From NCBI GenBank assembly GCA_963845065.1, contig CAWJQQ010000008.1, positions 352,001 through 416,000 of the forward strand: DNA of 64,000 nt. Direction: 5' to 3'. This document shows positions 20,431 to 30,289 of the stretch, in pieces. Each line of letters opens with the position of its first letter. Position 1 is the first letter of the stretch. The notes under the pieces were generated by a model. The model saw only the letters and a list, made by a program, of their open reading frames with translations, was not told the DNA's origin and made no database searches. The translations under genes were made by a program, and so were the position numbers. Source of the DNA: Nitrospirota bacterium (GTDB lineage: Bacteria > Nitrospirota > UBA9217).

Positions 20431-21486
20431 ATGCCTTTCCGCATGTTCGCATCACTGGGACTAGCGGTGCTATTGTCAGGCACCGCTTTCGCCGGAAACC
20501 TTGAGCCGTTCAAGACTGTTCCGGTCCCTGAACAAAACCCTCAGACACCGGAGAAGATAGAACTCGGGAAGAAGCTGTTTTTTGACCGGAGGCTGTCAGG
20601 AGACGGGACTATGAGTTGTGCCACCTGTCATGATCCGGAGAAGGCGTTTACCGACGGCCTTGCTATTTCCCTCAGTTATCCAACAACGAGAAATTGGCGT
20701 AATGCTCCGACGCTCATCAACGTGGCGTTTCAGAAATACCTTTTTTTTGACGGCCGCGCCTTGACACTTGAGGACCAGGCCCTGTTCCCAATGATGTCGG
20801 CTTTCGAGATGAACCGCAATCTCGATTTCGTCGAGGAAGTGATCCGCTCCGTGCCCGAATATGTTGATGCATTCCAGAAGGTATTCGGCGGCGAGCCATC
20901 ACGGGAGCGGATCGCCATGGCCATTGCCTCTTTTGAACGGACAATCATTTCTGCAAACACACCTCTCGACCGTTACTTGAGGGGTGACAAAAAGGCCCTG
21001 TCCGAAGCAGCCAAAAAAGGGCTCGTGATATTCATGGGCAAGGGCAGGTGCGGGGAGTGCCACTACGGCGTTAACCTGTGCGATGACAACTTCCATTCCC
21101 TGAACGTGCCCGAGAACCCTGAGCAGCAGAGCGATTCGCGCATTGCGATCACGCGACGGTATGTGGCCAAGATTTTCCACTACGAGGATTATCGGAACCT
21201 GGCTGAAGATCCGGGCAGGTACCTGATCACGAAGGACAAAAAAGACTGGAAAGCCTTCAAGACACCGACACTGCGCGAGATCGCGAAGACCGCGCCGTAC
21301 ATGCACAATGGGATTTTTCAAACGCTTGATGACGTTATAGACTTTTTCGACATGGGCGGCGGCAAGGGAAATACCGTGATCAAACCGCTGGGCTTGAGTA
21401 ATGAGGAGAAGAGTTATCTCAAGACGTTTCTTACTGAAGCATTGACCAGTGAAGAGACTGTTTTCGAGTATCCAAAGATACCGTAG
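20431..21486 (+). CDS. Diheme cytochrome c peroxidase / MauG superfamily protein
   Basis: Signal peptide, LGKKLFFD..LS, CATCH, RNAPT, CGECH, FKTPTLR, PYMHNG. Confidence 0.92.
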   Translation: MPFRMFASLGLAVLLSGTAFAGNLEPFKTVPVPEQNPQTPEKIELGKKLFFDRRLSGDGTMSCATCHDPEKAFTDGLAISLSYPTTRNWRNAPTLINVAFQKYLFFDGRALTLEDQALFPMMSAFEMNRNLDFVEEVIRSVPEYVDAFQKVFGGEPSRERIAMAIASFERTIISANTPLDRYLRGDKKALSEAAKKGLVIFMGKGRCGECHYGVNLCDDNFHSLNVPENPEQQSDSRIAITRRYVAKIFHYEDYRNLAEDPGRYLITKDKKDWKAFKTPTLREIAKTAPYMHNGIFQTLDDVIDFFDMGGGKGNTVIKPLGLSNEEKSYLKTFLTEALTSEETVFEYPKIP

Positions 21487-21577
21487 AAAAGCAGAATCGA
21501 AAGGTTTAGACAGAATAACGGTATTCCACGGGAATGCGCTGTTCCTGTGTGCGATTTTATCCTGTCAAGAGGTTTTC

Positions 21578-22336
21578 ATGGAAATGATCGAAGAGCTCAT
21601 CAAAAAGAAGCCGCACCTCGTGGACCCGCTCCGATTCTATAAAAAAGCTGCCAAATTTATGGATGCAGCAAAAGAATTCACTACAGCTGCGAGGCCAGCC
21701 CAGATAGCTTATTCTCCTGATATCGTTGCCAGGATAGTAGACATTTTCTCCCGTGCGCTCGAACTCCCAGAAGGAACACTTTCGCCGCTCGAACATGCCT
21801 TGGAATTGGGGGAAATAGATTTTACAAGATTGCCCTTGCGTGAAGTCCCGGCATTTTCACTTCCGTATGCCGAGGAGGACCTGACCATGATCCTCTTTCT
21901 CGTGAGCAGGCCTTTCTTCCTTGCATTGGGCGAGGCATGCAATCTGAACGGCAAGTTATGGGATGGGGGAAAATGTCCAGTGTGTTATTCTCAACCATCG
22001 TTATCTTCTCAGACGCAGGAAGGCCGGATGCAGCTTTACTGCTCGTTTTGCGGCACGAGCGGACAGGTCCTGGGGGTACAGTGTCCTTTATGTCATAATC
22101 AGGATTTGGCGCAGTTGAACAGCTTCACGTTTACGGGCGAAGAAGGCTTTTCCATACAAACCTGCGATGCATGCAAATCTTATGTGAAAAATGTGGAACC
22201 GGAATTGCTCTCCCGGATCGGCCCGGATCTGGCCGATCTGATGAGCCTGCCTCTGGATATAGTGATACAACAAAAGGGGTATTGCCGTCGCTCGCCAAAT
22301 TCCATCGGCATAATTAATATGAACGCACGCGGATAA
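21578..22336 (+). CDS. FdhE-family protein
   Basis: CPVC, CSFC, CPLC, CDAC.SYVK and DLMSLPLD...QKGY. Confidence 0.85.
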   Translation: MEMIEELIKKKPHLVDPLRFYKKAAKFMDAAKEFTTAARPAQIAYSPDIVARIVDIFSRALELPEGTLSPLEHALELGEIDFTRLPLREVPAFSLPYAEEDLTMILFLVSRPFFLALGEACNLNGKLWDGGKCPVCYSQPSLSSQTQEGRMQLYCSFCGTSGQVLGVQCPLCHNQDLAQLNSFTFTGEEGFSIQTCDACKSYVKNVEPELLSRIGPDLADLMSLPLDIVIQQKGYCRRSPNSIGIINMNARG

Positions 22337-22402
22337 TCTCCCCCGGTTTCGTTCTTTACAACGCCGCTCTTGCTACAATATATTTCTAAAGCAATTTCAC
22401 CT

Positions 22403-22431
22403 TGACTCTCGTCTTGCCTTGCGTGATAATC
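22403..22431 (+). promoter_or_regulatory. Candidate sigma70 promoter of the transketolase-RLP operon
   Basis: TTGACT-N17-GATAAT. Confidence 0.45.
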
Positions 22432-22567
22432 AACGCCATTAAACAGGAGACACAATTTTACAGAACAAGCAAAGTTCGTGAATAAAGTGTGAACACCAGC
22501 GTGGCTGACATTTTTTCGCGAACTCGGTTGTTAAAGAGATTTTTTTTCAAGGAGACGTTCGGGAGAT

Positions 22568-24556
22568 ATGAGGGTACTAGCAAATAAAAAGGATTCCCCC
22601 TTATGGCAGGATGAAGTCAAACGCGTTGCGGCAGGCATACGGCGGCGCGTGCTTGAGCATACCATCAAGAACAATGGAGGGTATCTCTCCCAGGCCTGTT
22701 CATCCGCCGAGATCATGGCAACGCTCTATGTGAAGGTTATGGACCTCGGGGAAATAGAGACTCCTTTTGTGCCGCAGCCATTTCCCGGAGTGCCCGGTCC
22801 TGATAATTCTCATTATGTTACTGGCGCTGCGTACAACGGCCCCGGCGAACATCGTGATCGGTTCTTCCTTTCTCCTGCACAATATGCCCTCGTCTTGTAC
22901 GCGACCCTCATCGAGACCGGCCGGATGGCAGAGGAAGGTTTGCTGCAGTTCAACCAGGATGGAAGCTCTGTCGAGATGATAGGCGCCGAACATTCACCGG
23001 GCATGGAAACAATGACTGGCTCACTCGGCCAGGGCATCAGCCAGGCAGCGGGCATAGCCATGGCCAGAAGGAGAAAGGGCGAGAAGGGCAGGGTGGTTGT
23101 CTTCATGTCCGACGGCGAATTCCAGATCGGTCAGACGTGGGAGGCGCTCCAGTCAATGTCCTTTCATATGCTCGATAACGTTCTCGTCTACGTGGACGTG
23201 AATGGCTTCCAATGTGATGGCAAGATGTGCATGGTCATGGACATAGAACCATTGGACAAGAGGCTCGAATCCTTCGGCGCACGGGTATTTCGGATAAACG
23301 GGCACGACTGCAAATGTCTTGCTGAAGTCGGATCTCTGAGGCCGGATGGACGGCCGATAGTCGTCTTGTGCGATACCGATGCTGCGCGAGGGCTCGATGT
23401 ACTAAAAACGCGGGCACCAAAGATGCATTATGTCCGCTTCTCTTCAGAGGAGGAAAAGCAGCGCTACAGAAAAGCTTTTGAATCTATGAGCGGTAAGATC
23501 ATGGCCGCAGCGGAGAACGATAAAAAAACAGCGAAGCCCCAGTCCGGCCCCGAGATAGTTACCAGGGTACATGCAAAAAATCTCGTCAAGTGGGCGGCTG
23601 ATAAACCCAATGTGCTCGTGCTTTCCGCCGATCTTACGAGTTCAACGGAGATCGATCTTTTCCGCGACACTTATCCAGACCGGTTCCTGTCCATGGGGAT
23701 AGCCGAGCAGAACATGCTGAGCTTTGCTGCAGGCCTCGCGCGGGAAGGCTACATTCCCCTTGTGCATACTTTTGCAGTATTTATATATAGAAGGGCCTTT
23801 GACCAAATTGCCATGTCCATCGCTTATCCGAACCTTCCTGTACGCATGATCGGATTTCTGCCGGGGATTACCACGCCCGGTGGGGCAACACACCAGGCAA
23901 TCGAAGACATTTCGCTTATGCGCTCGTTGCCGAACATGACAGTGCTCGAGTGCGGTGATGCGACAGACGTTGAATCCGTACTCGATGTTATGCAGGGCAT
24001 CAATGGTCCGGTATATGTACGCATGCTGCGTGGAGAGATTCCTCGTCTCTTTGATAAAACGAAACCGATGCAGTTCGGAAAGTCACGGGTTATCTCTGAG
24101 GGTAACGATATAACACTCTTGACCTCCGGCATCATGACCGAAGAAGCGATGAGGGTTGTCCAGGTGCTCAGGAAACGCGGGATATCGATCCAGCACATGC
24201 ATATCTCCACTTTGAAGCCATTTAACGATAGGTCAGTTCTCGATGCGATTGCACGACCGCGCCACGGTGTTATCACGATGGAAAACCACATGATCATCGG
24301 CGGTTTGGGATCGATTATTGCCGAGAAGATGGCGGAAACAGGTAGTGCGAAGAAACTCGTTAGAATCGGGCTCAGGGATACCTTCAGCCACGGTGCGAGC
24401 AAACAATACCTTTTAAAGGAACACAATATGGATGCAATGTCCCTAATCCGCGAGATAGAATTACTGGTGAATGAAAAGTTCAATATCGCTGAGCAGGAAC
24501 TTGCAAAAACACACATTTCCGCAGTCCACAGCACTGCAAAGGCAGAGGCGCTATAG
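22568..24556 (+). CDS. Fused transketolase-family ThDP enzyme with divergent active site
   Basis: RDRFFLS, TGSLGQG, SDGE...N ThDP motif, GIAEQNM, TFAVF, THQ, C-terminal ENH..GGLG. Confidence 0.88.
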   Translation: MRVLANKKDSPLWQDEVKRVAAGIRRRVLEHTIKNNGGYLSQACSSAEIMATLYVKVMDLGEIETPFVPQPFPGVPGPDNSHYVTGAAYNGPGEHRDRFFLSPAQYALVLYATLIETGRMAEEGLLQFNQDGSSVEMIGAEHSPGMETMTGSLGQGISQAAGIAMARRRKGEKGRVVVFMSDGEFQIGQTWEALQSMSFHMLDNVLVYVDVNGFQCDGKMCMVMDIEPLDKRLESFGARVFRINGHDCKCLAEVGSLRPDGRPIVVLCDTDAARGLDVLKTRAPKMHYVRFSSEEEKQRYRKAFESMSGKIMAAAENDKKTAKPQSGPEIVTRVHAKNLVKWAADKPNVLVLSADLTSSTEIDLFRDTYPDRFLSMGIAEQNMLSFAAGLAREGYIPLVHTFAVFIYRRAFDQIAMSIAYPNLPVRMIGFLPGITTPGGATHQAIEDISLMRSLPNMTVLECGDATDVESVLDVMQGINGPVYVRMLRGEIPRLFDKTKPMQFGKSRVISEGNDITLLTSGIMTEEAMRVVQVLRKRGISIQHMHISTLKPFNDRSVLDAIARPRHGVITMENHMIIGGLGSIIAEKMAETGSAKKLVRIGLRDTFSHGASKQYLLKEHNMDAMSLIREIELLVNEKFNIAEQELAKTHISAVHSTAKAEAL

Positions 24557-24593
24557 GATGTGAGGAATGTGGAGTGCTGAATAGGACCTGAAA

Positions 24594-25049
24594 ATGAAAA
24601 AAAAGAACAATGTTACGAAGGTTAATACTGGATCAAGGCTCATACGCGACACCAAAGCCCTGCTGGGGAAAAAGGAACTGGCAGAGGCTCTGGCGGAAAT
24701 GCATGCAGGAAAGAACGGTGAATTGGGATTTCTCTTAACAGTGCTGAAAGAGCGTCCCCGAAACTTCAATCCCTTTCTGTTCAAGGGAATGGCAATTTAC
24801 AAAGAGCCTTCCGCGCTGGACAGAAAAACGGCCGAGCTCGTCGCTGTGGGCGCAGCTGCGGCTCTACGATGCGACCATTGTCTTGAAGCCCATCTGTACC
24901 GGGCCATGGTTGCGGGTGCGTCGCTTGAAGAGCTCATGGATGCGCTCCTTGTGGCCGGGGCGATCTCCGAGTCGTCCACGCTTTCCGTCGCGTTCCGCAA
25001 GTACAAGCAGCTGGAAGGTAAAACCAAAAGAAGCGGCGTAGAGGAATAA
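24594..25049 (+). CDS. AhpD / carboxymuconolactone decarboxylase family protein with CxxC
   Basis: LDRKTAELVAVGAAAALRCDHCLEAH..A..AGAS.EEL. Confidence 0.85.
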   Translation: MKKKNNVTKVNTGSRLIRDTKALLGKKELAEALAEMHAGKNGELGFLLTVLKERPRNFNPFLFKGMAIYKEPSALDRKTAELVAVGAAAALRCDHCLEAHLYRAMVAGASLEELMDALLVAGAISESSTLSVAFRKYKQLEGKTKRSGVEE

Positions 25050-25077
25050 GCGCCGTCTGCATGATGAAATCTTTTCC

Positions 25078-26229
25078 ATGATCATCCAACAAACCTGCAC
25101 TCCCGATTCTTTTTTCTCCGGCGACCGTTTTTCTGTCACCTACCGGCTCTTCGGTTCCGAGAGGGAAACCCGCTCCAAAGCAGAAGACATCTGTATCGAG
25201 CAGACAGTGGAGTTTCCCGTTGACGAAGTGCCAGAGGGGATTATCAGGGACCATATATTCGGACGAATTGAACTGTTTGAACAGATCGATCGGGAAAGTT
25301 TTAATGCGACAATCAGTTACGCTGTCGAGATTGTTGCGGGAGAGTTGACCCAATTCCTGAACGTCCTGTTCGGCAATAGCAGTATCAAGCCCGGCATCCG
25401 CGTGGAGCACCTTGACCTTTCAGAGTCATTGCTCAAACATTTCAAAGGGCCCCGTTTCGGAAGGCAGGGGCTGCGAAAACTATTCAATGCACCGAAACGC
25501 CCACTCCTCTCTACGGCCGTAAAGCCCATGGGGTTGTCGTGCAAGGAGCTTGCAGAAATCGCGTACCAATTCGCATTGGGCGGCATGGACCTGATCAAGG
25601 ACGACCACGGGCTGACTGATCAGTGCTGCTCTCCGTTCGCGGAACGGGTCAAGCGCTGCGCCGAAGCGGTTCAGAAAGCAAATAAGGAAACAGGAGGACG
25701 CGCGATCTATGTTGCGAATATCACTGCGCCGAACGCCGAGGTGATGAAGAGAGCGCGGTTTGCAAAAGACGCGGGAGCAGGCGGTCTCATGGCGGCGCCG
25801 GGCTTGATTGGCATGGACCTGTTGCGGGAACTGGCAGACGACGAGAGCATTGCGCTGCCGGTCCTGACGCACCCTGCTTTGCAGGGAAGTTTTGTGACTA
25901 GCGCGAGTGGCATTTCCCACGGTGTCCTCTTCGGCCAGCTGGCACGCCTGGCCGGTGCCGATGCAACCATCTTCCCGAATTTCGGTGGACGGTTTTCGTT
26001 CAGTCGCGAAGAATGCAAGGAAATCGCTCTAAGGACGAATGAGCACATGGGCCATCTGAAAGCGATCTTCCCTGCGCCGGGGGGCGGCATGAGTCTGGAC
26101 AAGGTACCGGACATGCTTGAGACTTATGGCCAGGACCTGATTTTTTTGATCGGAGGGGGGCTGTTCAAACAGGGTCCGGACCTCATTGAGAACTGCCGGC
26201 ACTTTAGAAAAATAGTGGAGATGATGTAG
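25078..26229 (+). CDS. Form IV RuBisCO-like protein, KDDH type
   Basis: EQTVE, LFGNSS, KPMGL, GGMDLIKDDHG, FPNFGGRF, PGGGM, LIGGG. Confidence 0.92.
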   Translation: MIIQQTCTPDSFFSGDRFSVTYRLFGSERETRSKAEDICIEQTVEFPVDEVPEGIIRDHIFGRIELFEQIDRESFNATISYAVEIVAGELTQFLNVLFGNSSIKPGIRVEHLDLSESLLKHFKGPRFGRQGLRKLFNAPKRPLLSTAVKPMGLSCKELAEIAYQFALGGMDLIKDDHGLTDQCCSPFAERVKRCAEAVQKANKETGGRAIYVANITAPNAEVMKRARFAKDAGAGGLMAAPGLIGMDLLRELADDESIALPVLTHPALQGSFVTSASGISHGVLFGQLARLAGADATIFPNFGGRFSFSREECKEIALRTNEHMGHLKAIFPAPGGGMSLDKVPDMLETYGQDLIFLIGGGLFKQGPDLIENCRHFRKIVEMM

Positions 26230-26626
26230 TGCATGTAAAATATGGAAGTTACCGAGGCATTATCTCTGACGAGAGCAGTCCGACCTAATAATATTTTTGG
26301 AATTGTTGATATTGTGAGATTATATAACCTCTATCCCGCCTTTTCCCTCTTTCGCGCATAAAATTGTGAGCCTGCTTGTTACTTATCTTTTCCTTATGTT
26401 CCCCGGGTGATGCGCAATGTTGGTATAATAATATTATTAATAATATGCGAAAGTTAGTCGTTGCCCAAACAGTTACTCGCATCAGGGAGCAATTCTCCAA
26501 CGTTTAAAAATAGTGGCTTCGTTCACACTTCTATGAAATGGCATAACCATTAAGAGAAGCAGGCTATTCTCACTCTCCTGAAAAGAGTAGTTGCCATAGG
26601 GCGTCTCGCCCTTGCGGAGGCCCTTC

Positions 26627-27631
26627 ATGAAAAAAATCGCCATTAACGGCCTTGGACGCATCGGACGCTTGGTCCTGCGCCAGTATCTATCAAACAAGCC
26701 AGAGAATGTGACCTTAGTCGCAGCAAATAGCCCTGCCCCGATTGAAGAGCTTGCCTATCTTATCAGGTACGATTCTATCCACGGACGGGCTCCCTTCGAT
26801 ATAAAAACAGGATCGGATTATCTCCAACTCGGGTCGACGAGAGTAGCAATTTCCCATGAAAGGGACCCTGAACAATTGCCTTGGAGAGCTTTAGGAGTTG
26901 ACATAGTCCTGGAATGCACGGGTCTTTTCATCAAGAGGGAAGATGCAGCCAAACACATGACAGCCGGAGCATCGAAAGTAATTATCAGTGCAGAAGCGAA
27001 AAACGAAGATCTGACCGTGGTTCTGGGCGTGAACGAGAAAGCCTACGACCCCCAAAAACACTATATTCTATCAAACGCTTCGTGTACGACGAACTGCCTG
27101 GCAACAGCCGTTAAGGTTCTGAACGACGCTTTTGGGATCGATTACTTGATGGCCACGACAATCCATGCCTATACTGCCAGCCAGGCGCTTATTGACAGCT
27201 CTTCCCCGAGGCATAGGCGGCGGGGACGGGCCGCTGCTGTTTCGCTGATACCAGCTAGTACAGGGGCTGCTACTGCCACGGAGCGTGTGCTTCCTGAACT
27301 TAAAGGGAGAATGTCTGCCATAGCCGTGCGGGTGCCTGTTGCCGACGGTTCACTCACTGATATTACGGCCCATGTGAAACGAGACGTTACCTCTGAGATG
27401 GTGAACTCGGCTTTCAAGCGGGCAGCAGAGGGAAATATGCGTGGTATCCTGGGATACAGCGAGGATGAGCTGGTGTCCGCCGATATAATCGGGGACGAAC
27501 ATTCGGGCATCGTTGATGCCAACGCTACCAAGGTCCTCGCGGACCGTGTAGTTAAGTCGTTTGTATGGTATGACAATGAATACGGATATGCGCGGCGGCT
27601 GCTCGATCTCGCTGATTACATCGCTCGATGA
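26627..27631 (+). CDS. gap: Type I glyceraldehyde-3-phosphate dehydrogenase
   Basis: INGLGRIGR, SNASCTTNC, WYDNEYGY. Confidence 0.95.
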   Translation: MKKIAINGLGRIGRLVLRQYLSNKPENVTLVAANSPAPIEELAYLIRYDSIHGRAPFDIKTGSDYLQLGSTRVAISHERDPEQLPWRALGVDIVLECTGLFIKREDAAKHMTAGASKVIISAEAKNEDLTVVLGVNEKAYDPQKHYILSNASCTTNCLATAVKVLNDAFGIDYLMATTIHAYTASQALIDSSSPRHRRRGRAAAVSLIPASTGAATATERVLPELKGRMSAIAVRVPVADGSLTDITAHVKRDVTSEMVNSAFKRAAEGNMRGILGYSEDELVSADIIGDEHSGIVDANATKVLADRVVKSFVWYDNEYGYARRLLDLADYIAR

Positions 27632-27795
27632 AAAATCGGCGCCTGCATGGGGAGCGACTCCATGGAACAAAACAAAAAATAATAATGGGGCGGCAAAAGA
27701 ATATCGTCTTGATCGCCCATGACCATAATAGATTTTGATGCGTATTCCTTGAAATTTGGCGATTTTGATAAGCACTGAAAAGTGGTTTGTAGGTT

Positions 27796-28557
27796 GTGGG
27801 CGTACTTGAATTCACAATGATAGGACTGGCAGCCGTTGCCGGCGGGCTTGTAAACGCGCTGGCAGGAGGCGGTACGCTCATCACTTTTCCGATGCTGACC
27901 GCGGTCGGCGTCCCGCCCATTACCGCGAATGTGACCAACATGGTCGCGCTCTGCCCTGGCTATCTCGGTGCAACCTTTGCCCAAATGAAGGACCTGCGCG
28001 ATCAGAAGAAGACGCTCTTATTGCTCCTGCCTACGAGCCTCATCGGCGGAATTGCAGGCGGCATCCTGCTCCTGCACACGAGCGATAAGACATTTCAGAT
28101 ATTGATACCCTACCTGATACTGCTTGCCGTGGTTCTGCTGGCCTTTCAAGATCGGTTGCGAACCTGGGTCATGAGTCGTATAAGCAATCAGGGGGGGAAG
28201 CATTTGAGCGCGGCATGGGCAATCTTACCCGTGATCCCGGCCGCAATTTACGGTGGTTATTTCGGGGCGGGAGTGGGCGTCATTACCCTGGCCGTTATCG
28301 GGCTTGTTCTCGAAGATTCCCTCACCCGTCTGAACGCCTTGAAACAAGCCATCTCGCTCAGCATGAATATCGCCGCTGCGGTTTTCTTCCTTTTTTCCGG
28401 CCAGGTTTATTGGCAGGCAGCGCTTGTCATGGCGATTGGCGCCCTGGGAGGAGGAGTGCTCGGCGGGCGTCTCGCTGGGAGGACCAAGCCTATCGTCCTG
28501 CGATGGATCGTAATTACGATAGGCCTTTTAGTCGCGGTCGTTTATTTTGTGCGGTAA
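27796..28557 (+). CDS. TauE/SafE (TSUP) family transporter
   Basis: [16 protein letters not shown] and [10 protein letters not shown] repeated halves. Confidence 0.9.
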   Translation: MGVLEFTMIGLAAVAGGLVNALAGGGTLITFPMLTAVGVPPITANVTNMVALCPGYLGATFAQMKDLRDQKKTLLLLLPTSLIGGIAGGILLLHTSDKTFQILIPYLILLAVVLLAFQDRLRTWVMSRISNQGGKHLSAAWAILPVIPAAIYGGYFGAGVGVITLAVIGLVLEDSLTRLNALKQAISLSMNIAAAVFFLFSGQVYWQAALVMAIGALGGGVLGGRLAGRTKPIVLRWIVITIGLLVAVVYFVR

Positions 28558-28999
28558 TGCCTGCAGTAACGATTACCAACGCCGGAAGTCACAACCCCTT
28601 CACTGAACCACTCCGTCAGAAATCAAAAATGTGGACCTAATCGCTGATGCATATCATCGTTAGTGGGCACATCGAAAAAAAGCTTTTACAGCGATCTGCG
28701 GGACAAAGACGATGATCATATCTCAGCACGAAATTGGATTACGATCTAGCCTCTTTCTCAGCAACAAACCACAAAAAAATATCTCGTTCAAAATCACCTG
28801 TTCTTTTTAATCATTTGCCATCATCGCAGTATGTCTGCTAGGTCGATTTCATAAGCCTCAAAATAAAGCTGACATTTTAGATAGCTTTTTGCTAAATACA
28901 GAAACAAACAGTAAATGGTTGAATTGTGATTTCGTTTCTGATACAGTAAATGCAGCTACGACTTTTGTATATATACTCTAACGCTAAGGAGGCAGGAAG

Positions 29000-30235
29000 A
29001 TGAAAAGATTTCTCATGACATTAGCTCTGGTGGGTTTTCTGGTAGCCCAAGCATATGCGGGAGACACGATCAAGATAGCCATTACCGGCCCGTTCACAGG
29101 TGGTTCGGCGCCGATGGGTGCATCCATGAGGGATGGTGCGATGCTTGCAATTCACGAGATTAATGCCGCCGGCGGCGTTCAGGTCGGCGACAGGAAGATG
29201 AAGTTCGAGGTGATCGAAAGGGATGACGAGGCCAAGAATGAGCGGGGCGCCTTGATCGCTCAGGAGCTTGCATCCATGGGTGACCTCTCTGGCGTCATCG
29301 GCTCCGTGAATACGGGCGTAGTAATGGCTGGAGATAGGTACCTCCAGGAAAAGGGGATCACAAAGATCATCACGCCGGCCGCCGGCTCATCATCCATGAC
29401 GCAGTGGAGCAAAGCGGGTGTGAAGGACCTGTCCATCTTCCGGTTTGCGGCAGCTGACGGAATTCAATCCGCTATGGTGGTAGAAGAAGCAATCAACCGG
29501 AAATTCACCAATGTTGCACTCCTCTGTGATTCCACGAACTACGGCGTTTCGGGACACGATGACATGCTGAACCAGATAAAGGCACAGGGGAACAAGCTCC
29601 ATGTCGTGGCGGATGACAAGTTCAATATCGGAGACAAGGACATGACCGCCCAGTTGCTGCGGGCCAAGTCGGCAGGCGCACAGGCCATCCTGATCTGGGG
29701 GATCGGACCCGAACTTGCCGCCGTTGCCAACGGCGAGGCAAAACTTGGGATGAAAGAGCCGCTGATCGGAGGATGGCCCCTTTCCATGTCCAACTTTATT
29801 GATAATGCCGGCAAAAATGGTAATGGGACCTTGATGCCCCAGACTTTTATTGAAGAACCCATCACTCCGAGGGCCAGAAAATTCATCGAAGATTACCACA
29901 AAGCTTACAATGTGACCCAGATCCCATCCCCGGTTTCGGCTGCCCAGGGATATGATGCAGTTTTAATCTTCGCAGCGGCGGTGAAACAGGCCCGGAGCAC
30001 TGACACGCACAAAATAAAAGATGCCCTCGAGGATCTGCGTGAACCTGTCCCGGGTGTGATCGCCGACTGGTGGAAGCCCTTCAGCAAGTGGGACCCCGCG
30101 AATGAGAATACTCACGAGGCCTTCCGCCGCGCCCAGACTGTTATGGGGATGGTGAAGGACGGACGCGTTGTTTTCGCGAACGACGCTGACCGGCAGCGCC
30201 TCATCAAGAACGCTGCCTCGCCGAAGGCTAAGTAA
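29000..30235 (+). CDS. Branched-chain amino acid-type ABC substrate-binding protein
   Basis: Signal peptide, IKIA..GPFTG, DSTNYG, AQGYDA. Confidence 0.92.
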   Translation: MKRFLMTLALVGFLVAQAYAGDTIKIAITGPFTGGSAPMGASMRDGAMLAIHEINAAGGVQVGDRKMKFEVIERDDEAKNERGALIAQELASMGDLSGVIGSVNTGVVMAGDRYLQEKGITKIITPAAGSSSMTQWSKAGVKDLSIFRFAAADGIQSAMVVEEAINRKFTNVALLCDSTNYGVSGHDDMLNQIKAQGNKLHVVADDKFNIGDKDMTAQLLRAKSAGAQAILIWGIGPELAAVANGEAKLGMKEPLIGGWPLSMSNFIDNAGKNGNGTLMPQTFIEEPITPRARKFIEDYHKAYNVTQIPSPVSAAQGYDAVLIFAAAVKQARSTDTHKIKDALEDLREPVPGVIADWWKPFSKWDPANENTHEAFRRAQTVMGMVKDGRVVFANDADRQRLIKNAASPKAK

Positions 30236-30289
30236 CGTGGCATACTCCCCTTCCCAATATTACCGGCGGCCGATCAGGGGGATTGGATC

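Noticed and set aside
25078..26229. CO2-fixing RuBisCO / Calvin cycle (RuBisCO fold + transketolase + GAPDH)
   Set aside because: KDDH rather than KDDE, only 383 aa, and no prk or small subunit in the window; it is a form IV RLP.
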